Part shown: piece after piece, positions 54,467 through 64,000 of the stretch
How positions within the stretch are numbered: the stretch's first letter is position 1
How the letters are laid out: every line of letters starts with the position of its first letter
From: an uncultured Rivularia sp.
Lineage (GTDB): Bacteria > Cyanobacteriota > Cyanobacteriia > Cyanobacteriales > Nostocaceae
Assembly: GCA_963665115.1 (NCBI GenBank)
Contig: OY762007.1
Location: 96,001 to 160,000 of the forward strand
Length of the DNA stretch: 64,000 bases
Direction of reading: 5' to 3'
The notes under the pieces: generated by a model
Seen by the model: the letters and a program-made list of their open reading frames with translations, nothing else
The model's database searches: none
What the model was told of the DNA's origin: nothing
Made by a program: the position numbers and the translations under genes

Positions 54467-54521
54467 AAAAAAAAACGGAGAGCTACTTGGCAGCTCTCCA
54501 GATCATCAGGGTGCATCTACT
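54467..54521 (-). ncRNA. Predicted sRNA, array copy 4
   Basis: Same seed; GGAGAGCUGC-CAA-GUAGCUCUCC + U9; TGnTATATT. Confidence 0.7.
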
Positions 54522-54546
54522 TAACATAATATAGCATCTTAGATAC

Positions 54547-54563
54547 GAGGGGTGACACCCCCT
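54547..54563 (-). promoter_or_regulatory. HetR-type inverted repeat, copy 4
   Basis: GAGGGG-TGACA-CCCCCT, centred at -34. Confidence 0.6.
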
Positions 54564-54774
54564 ACTTATACTTTTTGTAAATTTTCTGTGAAGAAAGTTA
54601 GATAAGTTTGAAGATTGTACTATTTACTTCTTTATACTTAAGTAAAAATCGGGAATTAGCCGTTGCTAGATAAAGTATTCATGATTTTATGGGTAAAAAT
54701 ACTGTTTTATTGAATTTTGGCTAAAAAATTGAATACAGGGAGACGTTGCACTGCAACGTCTCTACATCAATTTT

Positions 54775-56260
54775 CTATTCAACCAAAGCTTTAAGTTTTT
54801 TGTCTACCAGTTGATTGGTTAACTTTGGATCGGCACGTTTTCCAGTTTTCTTGAGAAACCTGTCCGACGAAAAACCCTTTAACGTTGGTTTTGCCGCTGC
54901 GATATTTCTCGACTTCTTTAGGATTACCAGCTATTGCTTCATCGATCAGAGGTTCGAGTACTGCTGGATCTGTAATTAATTTTTCGCCAGCAAAAACATC
55001 TTTGGGAGAATCACCATTAAGTAAATCTGGTAATTTCTCTTTGGCTTTGGCATTACTAATCTCACCTTTATCAATTAGCTTAACCACCTCAGCTAAGTTG
55101 CTTGGGGTTAAATTAATTTCAGAAATATTCAGTTTTTCCTTGTTGAGATGAGCCGCAATATCCCCCATAATCCAGTTTGCGGCAGTTTTGGAATTTGCTC
55201 CTTTTTCTACAGCAGCTTCAAAATACTCGGCTGTTGCCTTCTCCTCGGTTAAAACTCGCGCATCGTATGCAGAAAGTCCCAACTCGGTTTCATAATAATG
55301 GCGTTTTTTCGCAGGTAAGTCTGGTAATTCGCTTTCCCAACTCTTTAATTGTGCGTCAGTTACCTCGATTGGAGCCAAATCGGGTTCGGGAAAATAACGG
55401 TAATCTGAAGAACCTTCCTTAACTCGCATACTAATAGTGCGTTGGGAACCTTCTTCCCAAAGACGAGTTTCTTGAATGATTTTTTCGCCAGATTCATTCG
55501 CTTCAATTTGACGTTCAATTTCGTATTCAATCGCTTTTTGAATCGCGCTGAACGAGTTCATATTCTTAATTTCAACTTTTGTGCCAAATTCCTCTTGTCC
55601 GACGGGACGAACGGAAATATTTACATCGCAACGTAGCGAACCTTCCTGCATATTTCCGTCGCTGACACCGAGATAGCGGACAATTCGGCGTAATTCTTGA
55701 GCATATTCGGCGGCTTCTTGCCCGGAGCGGATATCGGGTTCCGAAACGATTTCGATTAACGGGATACCGGCTCTGTTGTAATCTACCAAAGAATAGCTCG
55801 AACCAGAAAGGCGATCGCTACCGGCGTGAACTAGTTTTCCTGCATCTTCTTCCATGTGCAAGCGAGTAATACCAATCTTTTTACGAGTGGCGTTACCATC
55901 TTTGTCAACTAACTCAATTTCAATATGCCCGTGTTCGGCGATGGGTAAATCGAACTGAGAAATTTGGTAATTTTTGGGTAAATCGGGATAAAAATACTGT
56001 TTGCGGTCAAATTTGCTATATCTAGCGATTTGACAATTGAGAGCTAAACCTGCTTTTACGGCGTATTCTAATACTTTTTCATTGAGTACCGGCAATACTC
56101 CAGGTAAACCCATACAAATTGGATCGATGTTAGTATTGGGTTCAGCACCGAATTCTGTAGAGCTATCAGAGAAAATCTTAGTTTTAGTAGCGAGTTGACA
56201 ATGGGTTTCCAGACCAATTATCGCTTCGTAATCAGTTTTTACAGTTGTAGCAACAGTCAT
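54775..56260 (-). CDS. gatB: Asp/Glu-tRNA amidotransferase subunit B (+1 frameshift near 54857)
   Basis: IGLETHCQL, FDRKQYFYPDLPK, HMEEDAGK, YRYFPEPDL; removing one T restores GQVLKKTGKRADPKLTN...*. Confidence 0.95.
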
Positions 56261-56831
56261 AAAATTTCAATATTCGAGCTTATATTGCAATCAATAGGTA
56301 TTGTAGCTGTTTCAAGCCAATAACCGATGGATGTTTACGCTCGTTATTATGGTGAGAATTCCGTCCACTGAGAAATTTTATTTGTAATTTCTTGTGGGAT
56401 AAGCATCCCTGCCCGTTTTAAATATCTATGATAGTGGATTATAGTTGTGTTTTTGTAACTTAATTTAAAGTATCTTTACGCCATAGCACATAGAGCCGAC
56501 TTTTACTTTCTTCGGAATTTGTGTATATTTGCGGTTAAACAAATAGTTTTTTACCTGACTTTTCAAATAATACTCTTTAGGTAGATGCACGACAAGCTAT
56601 ATAACTGTTATTAAATGTATAGTTACTCAGAAGGGTTATATCTTCAATTAAAAAAAATCGTTGCCAATGCATTTGTAAATTAAGTTAATTAAAGTATTTA
56701 TTAATTTATCTATTGTAACTTAAAATCGGATAAAAATAGGTAGCAATATGTTATTAGCAAGAGGTATTTAGATACTTAATTCTACTTAATTAAATAATAT
56801 CAGTCCTGCAATAAATAATAGAATAAAGATA

Positions 56832-57899
56832 ATGTCAAATATCTTAGCAATTATAGGAATAGTAATACTAATCTACACGACTTTTGATGTATTGGTAACA
56901 ACCTTAACTGTGGGAGGAGGAGGACCAATAACCAGTAGAATTTCTAGCGGAATATGGTGGTTAGTATTACAAATTCATCAGAAAAAATCTAGTCATAGAT
57001 TGCTATCAATTACTGGGTTGGTATTATTGACTGGAATAGCTTTAGCTTGGTATTTATTAACTTGGGTGGGCTGGACATTCATATTTTGTGCTGAAAATTC
57101 TGCTGTTGTGAATGCTTCTTCTAAAATTCCGGCAGATACTTGGGAAAGAATATATTTTGTGGGTTATAACATATCAACTTTAGGCATGGGAGATTACCAA
57201 GCTCAAGGAATAGTTTGGCAAATAACCACAGCGATATCATCGGCGAGTGGTTTCTTTTTAGTTACCTTAAGTATTGCTTATCTATTACCAATTGTTTCAG
57301 CAGCTTCAGAAAAACGCGCTTTTGCGACATATATTTCTTCATTAGGAGGAACAGCCGACGAAATTTTGAGTCGAGCTTGGAATGGTCAAGATTTTGGAGA
57401 ATTATCTTCACATTTAAGTTCTCTTACACCCACTTTAACTGACCAAGGAGAGAAACATTTAGCATATCCAGTTTTACATTATTTCCACAGTGTAGAACGA
57501 GCTAGGTCTTTACCTTTAAGTTTGATTGCATTAGATGAAGCTTTAACTTTACTACAATATGGAATTCCTCAGAAATATCAACCAGAACCTTCAGTTTTAG
57601 GTCCAGTCAGGAGAGCTAGCGCGGCTTTTTTGAAAACGTTGAAATCGGCTTATTTAGAACCAGCTTCCCATAACCCACAATTTCCTTCTTTAGAAATGCT
57701 GCGTAATAAAGGTATTCCTACAGTTAGCGATGAAGAATTTTGGGAAAATACTAAGATTATAACTAAACGTAGAAGATTCCTTTTAGCATTAGCAGAAAAT
57801 GATGGTTGGACTTGGGATGCTATTTGTTCTACTTTGACTACTAATAGAGCTAGTAGTTTAGATGATGAGACACTTATCGATGATGTGATGTTGCATTAA
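56832..57899 (+). CDS. Two-TM potassium-channel-like (Ion_trans_2) family protein
   Basis: YFVGYNISTLGMGD pore-like motif flanked by TM helices; YPVLHYFH. Confidence 0.75.
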   Translation: MSNILAIIGIVILIYTTFDVLVTTLTVGGGGPITSRISSGIWWLVLQIHQKKSSHRLLSITGLVLLTGIALAWYLLTWVGWTFIFCAENSAVVNASSKIPADTWERIYFVGYNISTLGMGDYQAQGIVWQITTAISSASGFFLVTLSIAYLLPIVSAASEKRAFATYISSLGGTADEILSRAWNGQDFGELSSHLSSLTPTLTDQGEKHLAYPVLHYFHSVERARSLPLSLIALDEALTLLQYGIPQKYQPEPSVLGPVRRASAAFLKTLKSAYLEPASHNPQFPSLEMLRNKGIPTVSDEEFWENTKIITKRRRFLLALAENDGWTWDAICSTLTTNRASSLDDETLIDDVMLH

Positions 57900-57947
57900 T
57901 CGCGAATTGGGCATGGGGCATTGGTAATTGGTAATGGGTAATAGGTA

Positions 57948-58520
57948 ATGTTTGAGGCAATTGGGAACGGGATTAATAATGCTTTGGGGTTGGATGTTAA
58001 GGAATTAAATTTATGGCAGTGCGGATTAAGAGCGGCGGTTATTTATGTTTCTGGATGGATAATGGTAAGGGTTGCGGGGGACAGACGTTTTCTGGGTAAA
58101 CACGCTGCTTTTGATGTTGTTTTAAGTATTATTTTTGGCTCTACTTTAAGTCGTACTATCAATGGTTCGGCTCCTTTTTTTCCTACTATTGGTGCTGGGT
58201 TTGTGTTAGTAGGAATGCATTGGATATTTGCCGGAATTTCTTATCATTTTCCCAAAGTAGAGCAGTTAATTAAAGGTTCATCTCGCGTATTAATTCGTGA
58301 CGGTGAAATTAATTATAAAAATATGCGGAAGAGTCATCTGAGTGAAAAAGATTTAGAATCTTCCTTGCGTTCCCAAGCTAAGTTGACTGAAGTTTCACAA
58401 GTTGAACTTGCGCGTTTAGAAAGTAGCGGACAAGTTAGCGTTTTACCCAAAGAAAAACAGCCGCAAATTATTGAAGTGGCTGTGGAAGAAGGAGTTAAGA
58501 CTATTCGGATAGAATTGTAA
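57948..58520 (+). CDS. DUF421 (YetF) family membrane protein
   Basis: FDVVL.II.GS, LIRDGEI and ARLESSGQVSV motifs. Confidence 0.85.
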   Translation: MFEAIGNGINNALGLDVKELNLWQCGLRAAVIYVSGWIMVRVAGDRRFLGKHAAFDVVLSIIFGSTLSRTINGSAPFFPTIGAGFVLVGMHWIFAGISYHFPKVEQLIKGSSRVLIRDGEINYKNMRKSHLSEKDLESSLRSQAKLTEVSQVELARLESSGQVSVLPKEKQPQIIEVAVEEGVKTIRIEL

Positions 58521-58778
58521 TATATGTATTCTATAAATCAATTGTAGGCTGTGTGACGGTTACGATAAATTATCGAATATGACCAAATAAATGGATTCTG
58601 CCGTCACGCACCACAGATGTTGATAATGGAATGGTACGTTACTACAAGTAGGTATTTCACAACATCTTAATTTATCTACAACATTGATGTTGGGTTACGA
58701 TACGATATTATCAATTATCAGTATCTCTTCAAATTTATTTTCGCGTCTAACCCAACCTACAAGACTGGAACAATAATA

Positions 58779-59027
58779 ATGAAAATCGAAACCGAACAAA
58801 AAACAGCTAACAAAAATGAAAAGCTGAGAACTATTGCTTATAGCATGGATTTACTAATACCTGGAATTTATATCTGGTGTCCTTGGTTTGCATTAATAAT
58901 TGGTGGTAGTACTCCCGATGACAATCCTTACAAGTATCCTGGTATGATTCACAGTTCTACTGGTTTTGGGTTGGTACTACCAGGATACAAAATATTTACT
59001 TCTTATCAAGGTAGTTATGACGCTTGA
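58779..59027 (+). CDS. Hypothetical protein (82 aa)
   Basis: ATG-initiated ORF overlapping the next start codon. Confidence 0.55.
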   Translation: MKIETEQKTANKNEKLRTIAYSMDLLIPGIYIWCPWFALIIGGSTPDDNPYKYPGMIHSSTGFGLVLPGYKIFTSYQGSYDA

Positions 59028-59307
59028 TAAGCATACTATACAGGGATTAGCTGCATTTACTACTAAAACACTACCATCAAACGAATTTGAAAAAAGAATG
59101 ATAAATGCTGGGTATTTTGAAGTTGGAAGCGCACCAGCACAAGGTGGAAGAATTAAAGTATGGTGGTCACATGATGAATATCCCAGAGTTGAATCAATAT
59201 ATAGTCCTGATAAAAAGATTGTGTTGACTGCTTACAGCATATTTCATCTTTGTGTGGTACATTCGGACGGGCAGGGATGCCCATCCCACAAGAGTTTTGT
59301 AATATGA
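59017..59307 (+). CDS. Hypothetical protein (MTLDKH...), 3' end running into a repeat element
   Basis: Likely ATG at 59017, overlapping the upstream stop; C-terminal residues come from a REP-like repeat. Confidence 0.5.
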   Translation: MTLDKHTIQGLAAFTTKTLPSNEFEKRMINAGYFEVGSAPAQGGRIKVWWSHDEYPRVESIYSPDKKIVLTAYSIFHLCVVHSDGQGCPSHKSFVI

Positions 59308-59743
59308 GGCTGTACCTCACTTGTTTGCAAAGTGCTGTATCATGTGTAAACTCTACAAAGCATGACTTCTCATTAAAGGCGATCGCCACGTTTAATCTTT
59401 TGAATTTTTTCAAGCACTTCTTGCGCTTCAGTAAAACGCAGGTTGGGTTAGACGCACAAAAAATAATGGTTTTTATGAAAAATTAATCTTGCGTCGTAAC
59501 CCAACATCAATATTGTGAAATACAAACAATTAAAATGTTGGGTTACGACACGATATTATTAATTCTCCCTATTCTTCAAACTTGTTTTCATGTCTAACCC
59601 AACCTACAAATTAAAATTGCGGTTTTATACTCCGGAAATGGTGCGTTACGGCATTATTAAAATAGTAATTTAAACCGGAAATACAAAAAAACCCGGCTTT
59701 CTCAAAGAAAACTGGGTTTTTAAATCCTTACAAACTTACTAAT

Positions 59744-61156
59744 TTACAATTCCAAACACCACTTACGAAAATCATCACCGCGTACTTCAAAATTTTCATA
59801 CTGGTCAAAACTCGCACAAGACGGAGACAGCAAAACCACTAAGGCACCATGCTTTTTCGCTAATTCCAACCCGCGAGCAACGGCTTTTTCCATCGTTCCC
59901 ATGTCTTCGTAGTTGGAATATCCTTCCTCTTCAAAGCGTTTTGCAAATATCGGTGCTGCATCACCAATTAATAATACAGAAAAGGCTTTTTCTTTGATTT
60001 TCTCTATCCAAGGTTTATCGTTACCGGCTTTTGCAGCACCTCCAGCAATCAAAATAACTGGACTTTTTACCGATGCTAAACCAACTTCGGCAGCATCGTA
60101 ATTTGTGGCTTTACTATCATTAATAAAGTCAATTCCTTCCATAGTCCGAATATGTTCTAGACGATGGGGAACCCCTGCAAATTCGCTAATAGCTTGGTGA
60201 ATTGCTGATTTTTCAATTCCCGCTAATCTTGCTGCTGCTATTGACAGCAATAAATTCTGCAAATTGTGTTCTCCCACCATTCGCAATGCGGAAATTGGCA
60301 TAATTTGTTGGTCTTCCGATACAGATGCGATGTGCTGCGTCTCTACAACCCAACCATTCTCTATATAAAAACCTTTACCACCAATTAATTCATCTTTGCC
60401 TTTAATGCTCGTCCAATAAGCATCTTTCCAATCAGTTTCACCCATTTTTCTTAAGTATGGATCGTCACCATTGAAAACCTGCATTTGAGAACGATGCAAT
60501 AATTGCGCTTTGATATTGTAATAGTTATCTAAAGTTTTGTGACGCGCTAAATGGTCTGGGGTAAATGTCGTCCAGATACCGATTTTGGGGGTTATTGAGT
60601 TAGAAGATTCGATTTGATAACTGCTGAGTTCGGCGATTATCCACTCTAAAGGAGGAGGTGGAGAATTATTTTCTATCTCTTCTCCTTGTCCTCTCTCCTT
60701 ATTCTCAATTGCAATTTCAGTAGCAGCAAGACCAATGTTACCGCAAGTGGGTGCGTGTAAACCCGCTGTTTGAAATATTGCTCCGATTAATGATGTGACA
60801 GTAGTTTTACCATTGGTTCCGGTAACTGCTATCCAAGGAGTGGAACGTAAATTGCGCCATGCAAGCTCCATTTCCCCTACGGTTTCAATTCCTTTTTCCC
60901 GCGCTGCAATTAATGCGGGAATGTCCCAGGGAACACCGGGACTAACTACAATTAATTTCGGTAATTCGGTATCGTTTAGTTTCAGGGAATACTCTAATTT
61001 AACAGTGATTCCCTCTACAGCAAGTTCTTGTTGTTGTTTGAGGAGGTCAGGGGAGGTTTTTGTATCACCAATTTCCACCTCCCAACCCTCTCTATTCAAC
61101 AATCTCGCCGCAGCAACACCGGACTTTCCTAATCCAATTACATGAGCTTTAGGCAT
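59744..61156 (-). CDS. murD: UDP-N-acetylmuramoyl-L-alanine--D-glutamate ligase
   Basis: GLGKSG, VSPG, TGTNGKTT, ELSSYQ, PDHL.RH, HRLE, NDSKATN and LSP.CASFDQ motifs. Confidence 0.95.
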   Translation of the reverse strand: MPKAHVIGLGKSGVAAARLLNREGWEVEIGDTKTSPDLLKQQQELAVEGITVKLEYSLKLNDTELPKLIVVSPGVPWDIPALIAAREKGIETVGEMELAWRNLRSTPWIAVTGTNGKTTVTSLIGAIFQTAGLHAPTCGNIGLAATEIAIENKERGQGEEIENNSPPPPLEWIIAELSSYQIESSNSITPKIGIWTTFTPDHLARHKTLDNYYNIKAQLLHRSQMQVFNGDDPYLRKMGETDWKDAYWTSIKGKDELIGGKGFYIENGWVVETQHIASVSEDQQIMPISALRMVGEHNLQNLLLSIAAARLAGIEKSAIHQAISEFAGVPHRLEHIRTMEGIDFINDSKATNYDAAEVGLASVKSPVILIAGGAAKAGNDKPWIEKIKEKAFSVLLIGDAAPIFAKRFEEEGYSNYEDMGTMEKAVARGLELAKKHGALVVLLSPSCASFDQYENFEVRGDDFRKWCLEL

Positions 61157-61236
61157 AGACTGTAAGCAGGCCCTGGTTAAGCAACTTTATACTAACGTTT
61201 CTTGGCATAATTTACACCATGTTTTGTTGATTTTTA

Positions 61237-63388
61237 CTACAGATTTTTTACAATTGCGCCAAAATCAGCCAACACGCGAGCGTGGTTACGTAATAACCCT
61301 AGTAAATACAGACGATTTCGTTTAATGTCCGGATTGTCATCCATTACTAACACGCTTTCTGGGGCCGTCGAAGAATGTGCTAACTGTAGGTGCTATTTCC
61401 GTTAATCCTGCTATCAGTTGTTGGTAATTCCGCTGTTGTTGTGCTGCTTGGGTTTGCGGTACTAAGCCAACAACGGCGTTATAAAATGATTCTTCGGATG
61501 ATTTCTGAAATAAGTCTTTTTGTACTAAATTGCCCGGTTCGAGCTGTTGGGTATCTAAATCGCCTTGGGCTGCTAATCTCGTGGAACGATTTACCGTTTC
61601 GTAGATTTTATCTAAGGTGCCGTTGTTACGAATTTCTTGTAGGAATAAAGCGCGATCGCGAACGTCTAGTAAGTCTTGTAATGCCCGCTCAGTATACTCT
61701 TTGTCGTTTTCTCCCAATACTGCATTAACTAAATCGTAGTCGATATGTTTTTCATCTTGTAACAACGTGCGGATGCGTTGTAAGAAGAAATCTTCTAAAG
61801 AAGCGACTAATTCGGCTTTATCTTTATTATGTGTATTCGCAAATTCCGTTGCAGTTTCTGCGAGCAACTGCTGTAAGTTAATTGCTAAATCGCCATCCCA
61901 AATAATATTAACAATAGCAGTCGCGGCTCTCCGTAATGCGAAGGGATCGGAGGAACCCGTGGGAATCATTCCCAAACCAAAAATACTTACTAAGGTATCA
62001 ACTCTATCTGCAATAGCAACAACTCTACCCGTAACAGTTTGCGGTAAAATATCATCCGCACCTCTGGGTAAATAATGTTCAAAAATCGCATCGGCTACAG
62101 CTTCCGGTTCGTTACTTTTGACAGCGTATTTTTGACCCATAATTCCCTGCAATTCCGGGAATTCATACACCATTGAACTAACTAAATCGGCTTTACATAA
62201 TAAAGCTGCTCTTTGAATATATTCTTGTTGTTGAGAATCTAAATTTAACTGCTTTGAAATTCTTTGAGCAACCGTACAGATTCTATCAACCTTTTGCCGT
62301 AAAGAACCCAAATCTTCCTGAAAAGTTACCGTTTCTAATTGCGGTAAAAAGCTTGACAAAGATTGCTTAATGTCCTTATCGTAAAAATATCTACCGTCAG
62401 ATAAACGAGCGCGAATTACCCTTTCATTACCTTTCGCAATGATATCTGATTTTTTCGGGTCGCCATTAGAAACCGTAATAAAATAAGGCAGCAATTCTTT
62501 ACTATTCTCAGCTTTAAACACCGGAAAATACTTTTGATGAGAAACCATCACCGTGGTAATAACTTCCGGTGGTAGCTCCAAAAATTCCGGTTCAAAATTA
62601 CCCACAACAGCAGAAGGATATTCGACTAAATTAACAACTTCTTCTAATAAATCGGGATAAATTTGAGCGTAACCATTATATTTCTTCGCAGCTTCTTGTA
62701 CCTGTTGAGTTATGGTATTAACTCGGGTTTGTGTATCTGCAACCACGGAAGCGGAATACAAAGTATCAATATAAAAGATAGGTTGAGCAATAGTTACGTC
62801 ATTTGGATGCAATACCCGATGTCCCCTGGAAGTATTACCGCTTTTGACAACTTCCGAATTATTTTCGATTTCCAACGGTAAAACTTTATCATCTAATAAA
62901 GCCACCAACCAGCGAATTGGACGAGAAAACTTTAAATCCCCGTCACTCCACCGCATTAACCGCTTACCTTCTAACTTAAAAATCCAATTGGGAATTGCTT
63001 CGGCGAGAATATCAGCAGTAGATTGTCCTTTGATGCTTTTCTTAACAAAAACAAAATCACCTTTATCCGTAGGACGAATTTCTAAAGCGGAAACATCAAC
63101 ACCTTGCTTTTTCGCGAAACCTTCCGCCGCCTTAGTGGGCTTGTCATCCTTAAAAGCAGCCTTCGCGGGTGGCCCCTTTACTTCCTCTTCCCTATCCGCT
63201 TGCTGTTGCGGTAAACCTTTGATTAACACAGCTAACCTGCGGGGAGTACCGTAAATCTCTACCGCATCAGTGTCAAGAAAATTTTCCTTTAAAGATTCGG
63301 GAATAAGCTGCTTCCACTGAGTTAAAGCACCGCTCAAAAAGCTTGCAGGTAACTCTTCCGTTCCGACTTCCAATAAAAAATTAGCCAT
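61237..63388 (-). CDS. glyS: Glycine--tRNA ligase beta subunit (+1 frameshift near 61362)
   Basis: [34 protein letters not shown]; removing one C restores [12 protein letters not shown]...NRL.LL...[10 protein letters not shown]. Confidence 0.95.
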
Positions 63389-63558
63389 AACACACGCGAA
63401 TATCTTTCACAATTTCAACAGTTTACCGTGGGTTTTGGTTTGGTTGGTGGGATTGGGGATAATATATTTTTTTAAACGCAGAGGAGCGCGGAGGTTAACG
63501 CAGAGGAACGCTGAGGGAGAATTTTTTAGTAATACAGTATGAGGAAGAGGTATAAAAT

Positions 63559-63849
63559 ATGGATGCTGAGTATGATTTTAGTCAAGGTAAACGTGGTGCG
63601 ATCGAGCCTACAGGCGAAGGTAAAACAAGGATTACAATTCGCTTAGATGATGATATTTTGACATGGTTCCGCGAACAAGTTCATCTTGCTGGTGGTGGAA
63701 ACTATCAGACTTTGATAAATAATGCGTTACGTGAATATGTGCAACAGCGTAGAGAACCTTTAGAGGAAATTTTACGGCGCGTTGTACGGGAAGAGTTGAG
63801 TCAGATAAATTTCAAGCAGCGAGATGGATGGGAGAGCATGACGCACTAA
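63559..63849 (+). CDS. BrnA-type antitoxin (RHH)
   Basis: EYDFS.GKRG, KTRITIRLDDDIL.WFR, YQTLIN.ALR motifs. Confidence 0.85.
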   Translation: MDAEYDFSQGKRGAIEPTGEGKTRITIRLDDDILTWFREQVHLAGGGNYQTLINNALREYVQQRREPLEEILRRVVREELSQINFKQRDGWESMTH

Positions 63850-64000
63850 GTTTTTGTCCTCATATAGGAATTGCTAGTGGGCTTGTTACGGTTGGATATG
63901 TAGGCACACCTCTTAAATATAGCTGTTCGGTATTTGGAACACCTGTTACCTATGCAAACCGATGTACATCAGTCAAGCCTGAAATAAAAGATATGGTTTC

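Larger units (their letters stand above)
58688..59608. repeat. Cluster of GTAGGTTGGGTTA...TAACCCAAC palindromic repeats
   Basis: Copies near 58688-58761, 59440-59505 and 59537-59608; same family near 24408 and 38320. Confidence 0.7.

Noticed and set aside
53921..54563. CRISPR array
   Set aside because: Units are 148-227 bp apart, include promoter and terminator features, and no cas genes are in the window
56579..56590. AGGTAGATGCAC match to the sRNA seed as a fifth copy
   Set aside because: Only ~10 nt match, with no hairpin, U-tract or GGG-N5-CCC box
54791..61364. Programmed frameshifting or pseudogenisation of gatB and glyS
   Set aside because: Essential genes, no slippery heptamers, and the same +1 homopolymer pattern across the window point to sequence error

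Overview
AT-rich chromosomal window from a filamentous, probably heterocyst-forming cyanobacterium (Nostocales-like). This is inferred from many HIP1 GCGATCGC octamers, heptameric STRR runs, REP/MITE-like elements and typical cyanobacterial genes. Housekeeping genes are the ogdA-like/gabD TCA-shunt pair, cyaD-type cyclase, rbgA, class I aldolase, argJ, gatB, murD and glyS. They alternate with accessory genes: methyltransferases, two Crp regulators, four Rpn/PD-(D/E)XK genes, Uma2, kinase-TPR genes and an AAA-WD40 protein. Main observations: (1) an unannotated four-unit array of ~50-nt sRNA genes between gatB and argJ, each with a HetR-type GGGG-N5-CCCC box at the same position, an extended -10, a shared seed and its own terminator; (2) a small membrane-hairpin gene followed by a CHAT protease-STAND NTPase-TPR gene whose 11 near-identical 120-bp repeats vary mostly at one codon, an NLR-like two-gene module, plus a decayed copy of the small gene; (3) an internal SD+ATG in all four Rpn genes; (4) a ~5-kb cassette with two kinases and a catalytically dead signal peptidase homologue, flanked by a ~1.2-kb direct repeat. 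Seven genes, including essential gatB and glyS, carry +1 insertions in short homopolymers, most likely sequencing errors. No tRNA, rRNA or CRISPR array was seen. All family calls come from motif recognition, with no database search.
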